Shown: positions 10,184-21,032 of the stretch, piece after piece | Layout of the letters: every line of letters starts with the position of its first letter | How positions within the stretch are numbered: the stretch's first letter is position 1 | NCBI GenBank assembly: GCA_025451955.1 | Contig: JANWJJ010000128.1 | Location: forward strand, 10,629-74,628 | Source of the DNA: Rudaea sp. | Lineage (GTDB): Bacteria > Pseudomonadota > Gammaproteobacteria > Xanthomonadales > Rhodanobacteraceae | Length of the DNA: 64,000 nucleotides | Reading direction: 5' to 3' | The notes under the pieces: generated by a model | The model's database searches: none | Told to the model about the DNA's origin: nothing | Seen by the model: the letters and a program-made list of their open reading frames with translations, nothing else | Made by a program: the position numbers and the translations under genes

Positions 10184-10699
10184 ATGAATGCGGGCTTGCC
10201 AGAAACCGTTGATGCTTGGCGAATGGTGCAAGCGCGGCGTTCGTTCCAGGGCATCCTGCCACTTGCGGCCTTGCCGCGGTTACGGGATAGCTTGGCGGCG
10301 GTCGATGGCGAAGTCGCCTTCGCGGTTGAATTCGACAAGGACGATCTTGGCGTGGCGTATGTGCATGTCCGCGCCGATGCGGCATTGCCGTTGATCTGTC
10401 AGCGCTCACTGGAGACGTTCGCCTTGCCGGTACACGTCGATACCCGACTGGGCCTGATCGTGAAGGAAGCCGACGAAGCCGCGTTGCCGAGTGGCTACGA
10501 GCCCTTGCTGATCGGTGATGGTGCGTTGCGCCTGGCCGATGTCATCGAGGACGAATTGATCCTCGCCTTGCCGGTGGTGCCGGTGAAACCCGGCAGCGCG
10601 CAGGTGACGCGGACCTGGGGCGAGGCGGATGCGACGGAAGCGGCGAATGAGCCGAATCCGTTTTCCGTGCTGCAAAAGATTAAACTACCGAAATCCTGA
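10184..10699 (+). CDS. yceD: YceD/DUF177 family protein
   Basis: LPRL, LICQRSLE, EDELILALPVVP, NPFSVL; precedes rpmF. Confidence 0.9.
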   Translation: MNAGLPETVDAWRMVQARRSFQGILPLAALPRLRDSLAAVDGEVAFAVEFDKDDLGVAYVHVRADAALPLICQRSLETFALPVHVDTRLGLIVKEADEAALPSGYEPLLIGDGALRLADVIEDELILALPVVPVKPGSAQVTRTWGEADATEAANEPNPFSVLQKIKLPKS

Positions 10700-10714
10700 A
10701 TCTGGAGAACTACC

Positions 10715-10909
10715 ATGGCCGTTGCCAAAAGCCGTACATCCCCGTCGCGCCGCGGTATGCGCCGCGCTCACGACTCCCTGACCGCCAAGCAGTTGGGCAC
10801 CGACCCGACTTCGGGCGAAGTGCATCTGCGCCATAACGTCACCAAGGACGGCTATTACCGCGGCCGCAAGGTGATCGATAACAAGGCGTCGGTGCGGACC
10901 GAAGACTAA
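10715..10909 (+). CDS. rpmF: 50S ribosomal protein L32
   Basis: [20 protein letters not shown]...HLRH...GYYRGRKVI. Confidence 0.97.
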   Translation: MAVAKSRTSPSRRGMRRAHDSLTAKQLGTDPTSGEVHLRHNVTKDGYYRGRKVIDNKASVRTED

Positions 10910-11000
10910 AAGCGCGCGGTCGCTGCGGCGAAGCCTCCGGTTGCAGGCATGAGCCGGCAGGTTCGGCGCACATGCGCCGGTTTTCGTACGCGCCGATGAG

Positions 11001-11987
11001 ATGGGGGATGCCACTCTGATTTACTCACGCATTGCCGGCACCGGCAGTTTTCTGCCGCAGCGGGTTGTCACCAACGCCGAGCTGGAAAAGCTGGTTGACA
11101 CGTCCGACGAATGGATTGCGTCGCGCACCGGTATCCGCCAGCGGCATATCGCGGCGGATGGCCAGACCACGGGCGATCTCGCCTACGGTGCCGCGCTGGC
11201 GGCGATGGAATCGGCCGGAGTCACCGCTGCCGATATCGAGATGATCGTGCTCGGCACGACCACCCCGGACATCATCTTTCCCTCGACTGCCTGCTTGTTG
11301 CAGCATCGTCTCGGTGCCAACGGTTGCGCCGCGTTCGACGTCAATGCGGCCTGTTCCGGCTTCATGTACGCCTTGTCGATTGCGGATAAATTCATCCGCA
11401 CCGGCACGGTGAAAACCGCACTCGTGGTAGGTGCCGAAACCTTGTCGCGCATGCTCGACTGGTCGGATCGCTCCACCTGCGTGCTGTTCGGCGACGGTGC
11501 CGGCGCGGTGGTGCTCAAGGCTGCCGACGAACCTGGCATCCTGTCCACGCATCTGCATGCCGATGGCGGCTACAAGGAATTGCTGTGGAATCCGGTCGGT
11601 GTCTCGGCCGGATTCAAGCCGGAAGAAAAAAACGCCGGCGTGCGCGTGCTGATGCAAGGCGCGGAAGTCTTCAAGGTGGCGGTCAAGACGCTGGATCGTG
11701 TGGTCGACGAAACCCTCGATGCGAATGGTCTCGATAAAAGCGACATCGACTGGTTGATCCCGCATCAGGCCAATCTGCGCATCATTCAGGCCACGGCCAA
11801 ACGCCTGGATATGCCGATGGATCGGGTGATCGTCACCGTCGACAAGCACGGCAATACCTCGTCCGGATCGGTTCCGCTGGCGCTGGATTACGCCGTGCGC
11901 TCGGGCAAGATCAAGCGCGGTCAACTGGTGCTGCTCGAAGCCTTCGGCGGCGGCTTCACCTGGGGCTCGGCCCTGATCCGGTATTGA
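11001..11987 (+). CDS. fabH: Beta-ketoacyl-ACP synthase III
   Basis: [28 protein letters not shown]. Confidence 0.96.
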   Translation: MGDATLIYSRIAGTGSFLPQRVVTNAELEKLVDTSDEWIASRTGIRQRHIAADGQTTGDLAYGAALAAMESAGVTAADIEMIVLGTTTPDIIFPSTACLLQHRLGANGCAAFDVNAACSGFMYALSIADKFIRTGTVKTALVVGAETLSRMLDWSDRSTCVLFGDGAGAVVLKAADEPGILSTHLHADGGYKELLWNPVGVSAGFKPEEKNAGVRVLMQGAEVFKVAVKTLDRVVDETLDANGLDKSDIDWLIPHQANLRIIQATAKRLDMPMDRVIVTVDKHGNTSSGSVPLALDYAVRSGKIKRGQLVLLEAFGGGFTWGSALIRY

Positions 11988-12056
11988 TCCGTCCAGTACT
12001 GATCCGGTCGTCATCCCCGACGCGTTTCCAATCTCCTCGCATTTCCGTACAGGCAA

Positions 12057-13001
12057 ATGACTCAAGCAGCCAATCTCGCGTTTGTTTTTCCCGGTCAGGG
12101 CTCGCAGTCGCTCGGCATGTTGGCCGAACTCGGCAGCGAATTCGGCGTCGTCAAGCAGACCTTCGACGAGGCCTCGGCCGGGGTCGGCGTCGATCTGTGG
12201 GCGTTGTCGCAGCATGGTCCCGAAGACGAGCTCAATCGCACCGAAAATACCCAGCCGGCCCTGCTCGCGGCCGGAGTTGCGGTCTGGCGTGTGTGGCAGG
12301 AGTTGGGTGGCGCGACGCCGGCGCAGTTGGCCGGACACAGTCTGGGCGAATACACCGCACTGGTTTGCGCTGGCGTCCTGTCCCTGCACGATGCGGCGGC
12401 GCTGGTTGCGCAACGCGGACGTTTGATGCAAGCCGCAGTGCCGCAAGGCGTGGGCGCGATGGCGGCGATACTCGGTGGCGACGACGCGCAGATCGCGCAG
12501 GTTTGCGCCGAGGTGGCGCAAGGCCAGGTCGTCGCGCCGGCCAATTACAATGCGCCGGGACAACTCGTGATCGCCGGCAATACCGAAGCGGTCGATCGCG
12601 CGCTGGCGCGGCTGGCCGAACTGGGCATGCGCAAGACGGTCAAGTTGGCGGTCAGCGTGCCCTCACATTGCGCACTGATGCGACAGGCGGCGGACAGTCT
12701 GGCGGAGAAGTTCGATTCGATCTCATGGTCACTGCCGAAAATTCCGATAATTCAAAATGCTGAAGCGAAATCCTATAGCCATATCGAGGAGATTCGCGCG
12801 GCCCTGGCGCAGCAGCTTTATCTGCCGGTACGCTGGACCGACAGCGTGCGTGCCCTGGCTGCGCAGGGCGCCGTGCGAGTTGCCGAGTGCGGTCCGGGCA
12901 AGGTGCTGACCGGATTGCTCAAGCGTATCGAGCGCACGCTCGACGGCCGCGCCATCGGCGCGCCTGCCGATATCCAGCAAGCGATCGGAGACTGGAAATG
13001 A
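12057..13001 (+). CDS. fabD: Malonyl-CoA:ACP transacylase
   Basis: FVFPGQGSQ, TQPAL, GHSLGEY, VSVPSHCALM. Confidence 0.96.
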   Translation: MTQAANLAFVFPGQGSQSLGMLAELGSEFGVVKQTFDEASAGVGVDLWALSQHGPEDELNRTENTQPALLAAGVAVWRVWQELGGATPAQLAGHSLGEYTALVCAGVLSLHDAAALVAQRGRLMQAAVPQGVGAMAAILGGDDAQIAQVCAEVAQGQVVAPANYNAPGQLVIAGNTEAVDRALARLAELGMRKTVKLAVSVPSHCALMRQAADSLAEKFDSISWSLPKIPIIQNAEAKSYSHIEEIRAALAQQLYLPVRWTDSVRALAAQGAVRVAECGPGKVLTGLLKRIERTLDGRAIGAPADIQQAIGDWK

Positions 13002-13741
13002 GTGCAATTCTTCACGGCGAAGTTGTTCTTGTCACCGGCGCCAGCCGCGGCATCGGCGCGGCGATTGCCGACACCCTGGCTGCCAACGGCGCAAAAGTCA
13101 TCGGCACGGCGACCAGTGAAGCCGGCGCGCAGGCGATCGGCGAACGTCTGGTCGCGCATGGTGGTATCGGCCGCACGCTCAACGTCACCGATGGTGCCGC
13201 CGTCGAATCCCTGATCGATGGCATCGCCAAGGAATTCGGGCCGATCTCGATCCTGGTCAACAATGCTGGCATCACCCGCGATCAATTGCTGATGCGGATG
13301 AAAGATGAGGATTGGCAGGCCATTCTCGACACCAATCTGACCTCCGTGTATCGCACGACGAAAGCGGTGATGCGCGGCATGATGAAAGCGCGCCGCGGCC
13401 GCATCATCAATATCGCCTCGGTGATCGGTTTGACCGGCAATCCCGGACAGGCCAATTACGCCGCGGCCAAAGCCGGGATCATCGCGTTTTCCAAATCCAT
13501 CGCGCGCGAAATCGGTTCGCGCAGCATTACCGTCAACGTGGTCGCGCCCGGTTTCATCGACACCGATATGACCAAGGCCCTGCCGGAAGAATCACGCAAC
13601 GCGTTGCTTGGCCAGATCGCGCTCGGCCGGCTGGGAGCGCCGGACGATATCGCGCAAGCCGTGTTGTTTCTCGCGTCGCCAGCCGCCGCGTATATCACCG
13701 GCGAGACGCTGCACGTAAACGGCGGCATGTATATGGCGTGA
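12998..13741 (+). CDS. fabG: 3-oxoacyl-ACP reductase
   Basis: TGASRGIG, NNAGITRD, NYAAAK, VAPGFI. Confidence 0.96.
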   Translation: MSAILHGEVVLVTGASRGIGAAIADTLAANGAKVIGTATSEAGAQAIGERLVAHGGIGRTLNVTDGAAVESLIDGIAKEFGPISILVNNAGITRDQLLMRMKDEDWQAILDTNLTSVYRTTKAVMRGMMKARRGRIINIASVIGLTGNPGQANYAAAKAGIIAFSKSIAREIGSRSITVNVVAPGFIDTDMTKALPEESRNALLGQIALGRLGAPDDIAQAVLFLASPAAAYITGETLHVNGGMYMA

Positions 13742-13888
13742 GCGCCTGATGAAATCTGCTCCGCTCGCGACATTTCGTCAGGCGCTTGGTCTAAAGGTCA
13801 AACGCCCGTTCGCTGGCGCGCAGGCCACGCATCCACTACAATCCGCGCGCTCCAAGATCATGGTTTCCACTCTGGTGAGGTTTTGCAC

Positions 13889-14128
13889 ATGAGCAGCATT
13901 GAAGATCGCGTCAAGAAGATCGTCGTCGAACAGCTTGGCGTCAAGGAAGATGAGGTCACGCCGAACGCGTCGTTCGTCGATGACCTGGGCGCGGATTCGC
14001 TCGATACCGTCGAACTGGTGATGGCGCTGGAAGAAGAGTTCGAGTGCGAAATCCCGGACGAGGAAGCCGAGAAGATCACCACCGTGCAGCAGGCGGTCGA
14101 TTACATCAAGGCGCACGTCAAGGCCTGA
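13889..14128 (+). CDS. acpP: Acyl carrier protein
   Basis: [20 protein letters not shown]; TACAAT at 13837-13842 upstream. Confidence 0.97.
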   Translation: MSSIEDRVKKIVVEQLGVKEDEVTPNASFVDDLGADSLDTVELVMALEEEFECEIPDEEAEKITTVQQAVDYIKAHVKA

Positions 14129-14162
14129 GCAAACCCTTGAGCCGGATCGATTCGGTTCACGC

Positions 14163-14191
14163 GAAGCTGCGCCTCAAGGGCGCAGTTTTCG
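14163..14191 (+). terminator. Intrinsic terminator after acpP
   Basis: ctgcgcc-tcaag-ggcgcag followed by ttttcgttt. Confidence 0.65.
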
Positions 14192-14199
14192 TTTGAGAA

Positions 14200-14228
14200 G
14201 TGCGATCATGGATGATTGCAAAGGTAAC
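14200..14228 (+). repeat. Repeat family B, partial copy (GCGATCATGGATGAT hairpin plus AAAGGTAAC)
   Basis: gcgatcatggatgattgcaaaggtaac matches 43853-43879 with one mismatch. Confidence 0.7.
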
Positions 14229-14235
14229 TACTAAC

Positions 14236-15474
14236 ATGAGCAAACGGCGCGTAGTCATCACCGGACTCGGTATCCTCAGCCCCGTCGGCAACGATGTGGC
14301 GACGGCGTGGAAAAATATCCTCGCTGGCAAGAGTGGCATCGGTCCGGTCACGCATTTCGATGCGAGCACGTTTCCGACCCGCATCGCCGGCGAAGTGCGC
14401 GATTTCGATCCAGCGCAATTCGTCGCCGCGAAAGACGTCAAGAAGATGGATCCGTTCATCCATTACGGCGTCGCCGCTTCGGTACAGGCATTGGCGGACG
14501 CCGGCCTGCATCCGCACGAGCACGACGAGGAGCGCATCGGTTGCGCGATCGGCGCCGGCATCGGCGGCATAACTACGATCGAGCGCACCAGCATCGCCTA
14601 TCACGAGGGTGGGCAGCGCAAGATTTCGCCGTTCTTCGTGCCGAGCTCGATCGTCAATATGGCGGCGGGCAATCTGTCGATCATGCTCGGCCTGAAAGGT
14701 CCGAATATCGCCTGCGTTACGGCGTGCACGACCGCCACGCACAATCTCGGTCTGGCCATGCGCATGATCCAGTACGGCGACGCCGATGCGATGATTGCCG
14801 GCGGTGCCGAATACTCGACCACCGGCGTGGCGATGGGTGGATTCTGTTCTGCGCGTGCGATGTCCACGCGCAACGACGAGCCGGAAAAAGCCAGCCGTCC
14901 CTGGGATCGCGACCGCGATGGTTTCGTCTTGTCCGACGGCGCCGGCGTACTGGTACTGGAAGATTACGAACACGCCAGGAAACGCGGCGCGCGCATTTAT
15001 TGTGAGCTGGTTGGCTTCGGCATGAGCGCCGATGCCTATCACATCACGGCGCCCAGCGAGAATGGCGAAGGCGCGGCACGTTGCATGACGGCGGCGATGA
15101 AAGATGCCGGCCTGACGCCGGAGCAGGTGCAGTACATCAATGCGCACGGCACGTCGACGCCTGCCGGCGACCTGGCCGAAACGAATGCGGTCAAAACCTG
15201 TTTCGGTGCGCAGGCGAACAAGGTGATGGTGTCGTCGACCAAGTCGATGACCGGGCATCTGCTTGGCGCAGCCGGCGGCATCGAGGCGATCTTCTGCGTC
15301 CTGGCGATGCGCGACAATGTCGTGCCGCCGACGATCAATCTCGACAACCCCGGCGAAGGTTGCGATCTGGATTTCGTGCCACACACCGCCCGACAGACGC
15401 CGGTCGACATCGCGCTGTCGAACTCGTTCGGCTTCGGCGGCACCAACGGCACCCTGGTGTTCAAGCGCATTTGA
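14236..15474 (+). CDS. fabF: Beta-ketoacyl-ACP synthase II
   Basis: [37 protein letters not shown]. Confidence 0.96.
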   Translation: MSKRRVVITGLGILSPVGNDVATAWKNILAGKSGIGPVTHFDASTFPTRIAGEVRDFDPAQFVAAKDVKKMDPFIHYGVAASVQALADAGLHPHEHDEERIGCAIGAGIGGITTIERTSIAYHEGGQRKISPFFVPSSIVNMAAGNLSIMLGLKGPNIACVTACTTATHNLGLAMRMIQYGDADAMIAGGAEYSTTGVAMGGFCSARAMSTRNDEPEKASRPWDRDRDGFVLSDGAGVLVLEDYEHARKRGARIYCELVGFGMSADAYHITAPSENGEGAARCMTAAMKDAGLTPEQVQYINAHGTSTPAGDLAETNAVKTCFGAQANKVMVSSTKSMTGHLLGAAGGIEAIFCVLAMRDNVVPPTINLDNPGEGCDLDFVPHTARQTPVDIALSNSFGFGGTNGTLVFKRI

Positions 15475-16832
15475 AACCCGTGCACGCGCTGCGCACGCTG
15501 CCTGGCGTGCGCGATCTGCTGGCGTTGGCCGCGGCCAGTCCGCAACGCTATCCTGGCCTGCTCGAAAGCGTCCGCCACAGCGGTGCGCAAGCGCGTTACG
15601 ACATATTGTTCGCGTTTCCGCAGGATGCGCTGACCTTGCATCGCGACGGCCGCGTGCGCGATGCGCAAGGCCGCGACCACGGCGGCAGTTTTCTCGATGT
15701 GCTGGATGCCGCGTGGCGGCGCGATGCCGCAAATGCTACTTGTGGAAATTTACCCTTCCATGGCGGCTGGGCGCTGTTTCTGGGTTACGAGCTTGCGGCG
15801 GAAATCGAGCCGCGCCTGCGGCTGCCAGCGCCGCCGGAACCGACGATCCCCGTCGCGCTGGCGCTGCGTTGCCCGGCGGCGATCGTCGTCGATCGCGATG
15901 CGGGGCAAACCCATTTCGTCGCCGAACCCGCGCATGCCACGCTGATCGATACGTTGCAAGCCGATCTCGACGCTGCGCCTGCGTTCGTGCCGTCGCTGCC
16001 GGCACCAGCCGCGATCGAGGAAGACGCGCCCGGGCATTTTCTCGACGGCGTGGCACGCATTCACGGCTATCTGCGCGCCGGCGACGTGTTCCAGATCAAT
16101 CTTTCGCGCGAGTGGCGGGCAGAGTATACAAACCCACCGAATCCCGCAGATTTGTACGCCAGCCTGCGCCGCGCCAATCCCGCGCCATTCGCCGGGTTGT
16201 TGCAATGGAACGGCTGGGCCATTGCCAGTTCTTCGCCCGAACGTCTGGCCGAGGTGCGCGCCGGCGTGGCGCAGACCCGGCCGATTGCCGGCACGCGTCC
16301 GCGTCTTCCCGGCGACGACGATCCGGCGCGCAGGCGCGAACTGGCCGCGCATCCGAAAGAACGCGCCGAGCACATCATGCTGATCGATCTGGAACGCAAC
16401 GATCTCGGTCGCGTCTGTGTGCCGGGTTCGGTCGTGGTCGACGAATTGATGCATGTGGAAAGTTATACTCACGTCCATCACATCGTTTCCAATGTGCGCG
16501 GATGCCTGCGTCGGGACATCACGCCTGGTGCGGTGATCCGTGCGATGTTTCCCGGCGGCACGATCACGGGTTGCCCGAAGGTGCGGACGATGGAAATCAT
16601 CGCCGAGCTCGAAGGCACGGGCCGTGGCACCTACACCGGATCGTTCGGTTATCTCAATCGTGACGGTGATATGGACCTCAATATCCTGATCCGCAGCCTG
16701 ACTCTTTGTGAAAATCGCGTGCGTCTGCGCGCCGGCGCGGGCATCGTCGCCGATTCGCAGGCCGACGTGGAACTGGCCGAGACGCGAGCCAAGGCGCGCG
16801 GCCTGTTGCACGCGCTGGGACCGGTGCGATGA
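15471..16832 (+). CDS. pabB: Aminodeoxychorismate synthase component I
   Basis: Chorismate-binding fold [37 protein letters not shown]; adjacent to pabC; TTG start overlapping fabF stop is uncertain. Confidence 0.85.
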   Translation: MKPVHALRTLPGVRDLLALAAASPQRYPGLLESVRHSGAQARYDILFAFPQDALTLHRDGRVRDAQGRDHGGSFLDVLDAAWRRDAANATCGNLPFHGGWALFLGYELAAEIEPRLRLPAPPEPTIPVALALRCPAAIVVDRDAGQTHFVAEPAHATLIDTLQADLDAAPAFVPSLPAPAAIEEDAPGHFLDGVARIHGYLRAGDVFQINLSREWRAEYTNPPNPADLYASLRRANPAPFAGLLQWNGWAIASSSPERLAEVRAGVAQTRPIAGTRPRLPGDDDPARRRELAAHPKERAEHIMLIDLERNDLGRVCVPGSVVVDELMHVESYTHVHHIVSNVRGCLRRDITPGAVIRAMFPGGTITGCPKVRTMEIIAELEGTGRGTYTGSFGYLNRDGDMDLNILIRSLTLCENRVRLRAGAGIVADSQADVELAETRAKARGLLHALGPVR

Positions 16833-17659
16833 GCACGTCGCGCGATCTCGTCGATGGTGCCGTCAGCGACCGCATCGACGTGCGTGATCGCGGCCTGTTG
16901 TACGGCGACGGCGTGTTCGAGACCTGTCTGTTTGTCAACGGCCACGCACCGCTGTGGCCGCGGCATGTCGAGCGTTTGCGCGAATCCTGCGCACGCCTGC
17001 ATTTGCCAAGGCCCGAAGTCGCCAAACTCGAACGCGAAGCCGTGCAGGTCAGCGCCGGGATGGCACGCGCCGTGGTGCGCATGACGCTCACGCGCGGCAG
17101 CGGCGAACGCGGCTATGCGGCGCCGCGCGCGATGCAGCCGACGCGTATCGTCAGCGCTTTTCCGGCGCCGGCCAGCGCGCGCGATTGGTATCGTTGCGGA
17201 ATCCGGGTACGCTTTTGCACCACGCGACTGGCGGCGCAACCGCTGCTGGCCGGAATCAAACATCTGAATCGTCTGGAGCAGGTATTGGCGCGCGCGGAGT
17301 GGGACGACACAGACATTGTCGAAGGCATGATGTGCGATACGTCCGGCAAGGTGATTGGCGCGACCGCGGCCAATGTCTTCGCCGTGATCGATGGACGTCT
17401 GGTCACGCCGGCGCTGGATCGTTGCGGCGTTGCCGGCGTGATGCGCGCCGAGGTGATGGTGCAGTGCGCGCCGGTAGCGGTGCGCGAAATCGGAGTCGAT
17501 GAATTGATGCGGGCCGAGGAAATTTTTCTAACCAATGCGGTGCGCGGCGTGATGCCGGTGACGGCGCTGGAATCCCGCACTTGGCCGATCGGCCCGATTG
17601 CGCGCCGGTTGATCGCGCACACGCAAGCGATCGGTCTGTTGCCGGAGGACGCATGTTGA
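16829..17659 (+). CDS. pabC: Aminodeoxychorismate lyase
   Basis: DRGLLYGDGVFET, GIKHLNRLEQV, class IV PLP fold. Confidence 0.92.
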   Translation: MSTSRDLVDGAVSDRIDVRDRGLLYGDGVFETCLFVNGHAPLWPRHVERLRESCARLHLPRPEVAKLEREAVQVSAGMARAVVRMTLTRGSGERGYAAPRAMQPTRIVSAFPAPASARDWYRCGIRVRFCTTRLAAQPLLAGIKHLNRLEQVLARAEWDDTDIVEGMMCDTSGKVIGATAANVFAVIDGRLVTPALDRCGVAGVMRAEVMVQCAPVAVREIGVDELMRAEEIFLTNAVRGVMPVTALESRTWPIGPIARRLIAHTQAIGLLPEDAC

Positions 17660-18690
17660 ATACAATGCCGCAGGGCAGAGTTCGCTGGAGTTTCCTGATC
17701 TCACTCCTGCTGGCTACAGCAGCGATTGGCGCCGGTGCGTTGTATCGCGATTATCGCGCGTTCGCCGATGCGCCACTGGCGCCGCTGCCGACAGCGGCGA
17801 CGATCGACGTGCCGATGGGCACATCGTTGCCGGGCATCGTGACTCTGCTCGAACAACAGGGCCTGCGTCCGGGGCGATCGCTGTACTGGCGCGTCCTGGC
17901 ACGGCAGATCGGTGTCGCGGGGCGTCTGCACGCGGGCGAGTACGCGCTGGCCCCGGGCGCCACGCCGCGCGGCTTGCTGGCGAAGATGGCCGCCGGCGAC
18001 GTCATCCAGCATCGTTTTACCATTGTGGAAGGGTGGACATTTGCACAATTGCGCAATGCGCTGGCGCAGGATGCTGAACTGAAACAAACGCTGGCTGCGG
18101 ATACCGACGCCGACATCATGTATGCGCTCGGTGCTGCGCAGTCGCCGCCCGAAGGCTGGTTTCTGCCCGAGACGTACAGTTACGTCAAAGGCATGAGCGA
18201 TATGGATATCCTGCGCCGCTCAAACGCCGCGATGCACAAGGAACTCGATCGCCTGTGGGCCGCACGTGCGCCGGATTTGCCCTTGCAATCACCGTATCAG
18301 GCGCTGATTCTTGCCTCGATCGTGGAAAAGGAAACCGCGCGCGCGCAGGAGCGTCCCGAGATCGCCGGTGTATTCCTGCATCGGCTTCAACTGGGCATGA
18401 AACTGCAAACCGACCCGAGCGTGATCTACGGACTCGGCGCGGCGTACGACGGAAAAATCCATGCACGCGATCTGCAAACCGATACGCCGTTCAACACGTA
18501 TACCCGCACTGGCTTGCCGCCGACGCCGATCGCGCTGCCAGGCGCGGCCGCGTTGACTGCCGCCATGCATCCGGTGCCGACCGATGCGCTGTACTTCGTT
18601 GCGCGCGGCGACGGCAGCCACGAGTTTTCCACGACTCTGGAAGCGCATAATCGCGCCGTCGCCAAATATCAATTGCACCGCAACGAATGA
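17653..18690 (+). CDS. mltG: Endolytic transglycosylase MltG
   Basis: EGWFLPETY, ASIVEKET, LQTDPSVIYG, NTY..GLPPTPI. Confidence 0.95.
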   Translation: MLNTMPQGRVRWSFLISLLLATAAIGAGALYRDYRAFADAPLAPLPTAATIDVPMGTSLPGIVTLLEQQGLRPGRSLYWRVLARQIGVAGRLHAGEYALAPGATPRGLLAKMAAGDVIQHRFTIVEGWTFAQLRNALAQDAELKQTLAADTDADIMYALGAAQSPPEGWFLPETYSYVKGMSDMDILRRSNAAMHKELDRLWAARAPDLPLQSPYQALILASIVEKETARAQERPEIAGVFLHRLQLGMKLQTDPSVIYGLGAAYDGKIHARDLQTDTPFNTYTRTGLPPTPIALPGAAALTAAMHPVPTDALYFVARGDGSHEFSTTLEAHNRAVAKYQLHRNE

Positions 18691-19340
18691 ACGGAAAACT
18701 CATCACGCTCGAAGGCGGCGAGGGCGCAGGCAAGAGTACGGTACTCAGTAGCGTGCACGCGCTGTTGGCGCAGCGCGGTCTGGATGTCGTCGTCACTCGT
18801 GAACCCGGCGGCACGCCGGCGGGCGAAGCCATCCGCAGCGTGCTGCTCAATCCGGGCTTGCGCGGCATGAGCGCCGAAACCGAACTGCTGCTGATGTTCG
18901 CCTCGCGCGCGCAACTCGTGCGCGAGCTGATCCAGCCGGCGCTGGCGGCGGGTCGCTGGGTGCTGGCGGATCGCTTCACCGATGCGAGCTTCGCCTATCA
19001 GGGCGGTGGCCGCGGCCAGCCTGCCGCACGCATCGCTGAACTCGAACGCTGGGCCGCGGCGGGATTGCAGCCGGATCTGACCTTGCTGCTCGATCTGCCG
19101 GTGAGCGAAGGCTTGAAGCGTGCAAGTGGCCGTGGCGCCGCAGATCGTATCGAAATGGAAAATGCGGACTTTTTCGAGCGTGTGCGCGCGGCGTACCGCG
19201 AGCGTGCGGCGGCCGAGCCGCAGCGTTTCCGCTTCATCGAGGCAGGCAGAGCGCTGGACGACGTGCTGGCACAGGTACGTGACGTGGTCGACGCATTTCT
19301 CGATCAATGCGGAATCGATCGCGTGGAGGTCGACGCATGA
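18687..19340 (+). CDS. tmk: Thymidylate kinase
   Basis: EGGEGAGKST, REPGGT, DRFTDASFAYQGGGR. Confidence 0.96.
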   Translation: MNGKLITLEGGEGAGKSTVLSSVHALLAQRGLDVVVTREPGGTPAGEAIRSVLLNPGLRGMSAETELLLMFASRAQLVRELIQPALAAGRWVLADRFTDASFAYQGGGRGQPAARIAELERWAAAGLQPDLTLLLDLPVSEGLKRASGRGAADRIEMENADFFERVRAAYRERAAAEPQRFRFIEAGRALDDVLAQVRDVVDAFLDQCGIDRVEVDA

Positions 19341-20359
19341 CCCTGGCGCCCTGGCATGGCGAGGCATGGAGCAAGCTCGCTGCGCGCGCGCGCAGCGGAA
19401 ACTTCGCGCATGCGTTGTTGATCGTCGGGCCGGAAGGCGTGGGCGCGCGCGCGTTCGCCGAGCAGGCCACGGCACTGCTGCTGTGCGAGTGCAATGGCGA
19501 AGAGCCGTGTGGCGAATGCCGTTCGTGCCGGCTGTTTGCGCTGCGTTCGCAACGCGATCCGGAAGAGACGCGGCCCGACGGCGGCCTGGCCCAGCCCGAC
19601 GGCCATCCCGGACACCCGGACGTGCGCTTCGTCGGTTATGTACTCAACGAGAAATCCAGTCCGAAGAAAATGTATACCGAACTGGTCGTGGAACAGATCC
19701 GCGATCTTTCCGCATGGCTGGCGCTGCCCCCGCAATTCGGTCGCGCCCAGGTCGCGCTGATCGAACCGGCCGATGCGCTGACTACCGCCGCCGCAAACGC
19801 GCTGCTGAAAACGCTGGAGGAACCCGGTGCCGGTCGTCATCTGATTCTGGTGTCATCGCAGCCGGCGCGTCTGTCGGCCACCATCCGCAGCCGCTGCCAG
19901 CGTATCGACCTGCGCTTGCCGGCCTTGGATCAGGCGCAGGCATGGCTGGCGGCACAGGGCGTCGATGTGAAAACCGCACAGGCGGCGCTCGTGGCCAGCG
20001 GCGGCAATCCGGGACTGGCGCTGATCTGGGTGCAGTCAGGCGGACTGGCGTTGCGCGACGCGGTGGCAGCGGATTTGCGCGGACTTTGCACGGGCAAGAC
20101 GACGCCGGTGGAGGTGGCCAATCGCTGGTGCAAGGCTGAACCGGAATCGCGTCTGTGGTTTGCCGCGGCACTCGCCTGGGACGAGGCGCAGGCCCAGGCG
20201 CGTGGTGGCGCCGGTCCGCTCGCCTTGACCTCGCGCACCGATTTCACCAAGCTATCCACATGGTTCGACCGCGCCAACCGCGCGCGCGCGCAATTGCGCA
20301 GCCCGTTGCGAACGGAATTGATACTGCTGGACGTCTTGTCGGAAGTGAGAGCATTCTGA
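19337..20359 (+). CDS. holB: DNA polymerase III delta-prime
   Basis: HALL..GPEG, CECxxxxPCGECRSC, HPD, ANALLKTLEEP, TIRSRC. Confidence 0.94.
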   Translation: MTLAPWHGEAWSKLAARARSGNFAHALLIVGPEGVGARAFAEQATALLLCECNGEEPCGECRSCRLFALRSQRDPEETRPDGGLAQPDGHPGHPDVRFVGYVLNEKSSPKKMYTELVVEQIRDLSAWLALPPQFGRAQVALIEPADALTTAAANALLKTLEEPGAGRHLILVSSQPARLSATIRSRCQRIDLRLPALDQAQAWLAAQGVDVKTAQAALVASGGNPGLALIWVQSGGLALRDAVAADLRGLCTGKTTPVEVANRWCKAEPESRLWFAAALAWDEAQAQARGGAGPLALTSRTDFTKLSTWFDRANRARAQLRSPLRTELILLDVLSEVRAF

Positions 20360-20478
20360 ACAGTGCGGCCACGGACGGACGCTTTTTGATTCTCGCGATC
20401 ATGGATGAGTGCACAAGTTGAATAGTGCGGCCACGGACGGACGCTTTTTGATTCTCGCGATCATGGATGAGCGCACAA
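20357..20478 (+). repeat. Repeat family B, tandem duplication (2 x 60 bp, 62-bp period)
   Basis: 20357-20416 and 20419-20478 differ at 2 positions; same unit at 43820-43871. Confidence 0.9.
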
Positions 20479-20491
20479 ATAAGGACACGAT

Positions 20492-20857
20492 ATGGCGACT
20501 GGTGCGATGGGCGGCATGCCGCGGCAGGGAATCCTGTCGCTGGCGATCAAGGACAAGGGCGCGCTGTACAACGCCTACATGCCTTTCGTGCGCGGCGGTG
20601 GCCTGTTCGTGCCGACCGCCAAGCGCTATGTAATCGGCGACGAGGTCTTCATCCTGCTTACCCTGATGGATGACAAGGATCGTTTGCCGGTCGCCGGCAA
20701 GGTGGTCTGGATCACGCCGGCCGGGGCGCAGGGCAATCGTGCTGCGGGCATCGGCGTGCAGTTCAACGAATCCGCCGATGGCGAAGCCGCGCGCACCAAG
20801 ATCGAGTCGATACTCGCCGGCATTCTGGGTGCCGAGCGGCCGACGCATACAATGTAG
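20492..20857 (+). CDS. pilZ: Type IV pilus assembly protein PilZ
   Basis: GILSLAIKDKGALYNAYMPFV, VAGKVVWITP, PTHTM; follows holB. Confidence 0.95.
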   Translation: MATGAMGGMPRQGILSLAIKDKGALYNAYMPFVRGGGLFVPTAKRYVIGDEVFILLTLMDDKDRLPVAGKVVWITPAGAQGNRAAGIGVQFNESADGEAARTKIESILAGILGAERPTHTM

Positions 20858-21014
20858 AAGCCATTCCAAAAACTACTGCGCTCGGTATTTTGTGCGAGGG
20901 CGGTGCCCGGAATCCTCATGTACCCAAAGTACACTCAGGTTCCTGCGCTCCGGCGGCGCACCTGATCCAATATCAAATCATGCCTTCGCTCGCGACGTTT
21001 TTGAAATGGCTTCT
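20856..21014. mobile_element. ERIC-like MITE (repeat family C), copy 1
   Basis: TIRs agaagccattccaaaaac / gtttttgaaatggcttct; core cggaatcctcatgtac-N-gtacactc-ggttcctgcg shared with 48785-48926. Confidence 0.75.
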
Positions 21015-21032
21015 GCGACCATCTGATTCTCG

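Noticed and set aside
10910-11000. Missing plsX between rpmF and fabH
   Set aside because: Lack of plsX is an established Xanthomonadales trait.
20357-20478. Tandem repeat as a CRISPR mini-array
   Set aside because: Two 60-bp units separated by 2 nt, no spacers, no cas genes; the unit is a dispersed repeat.
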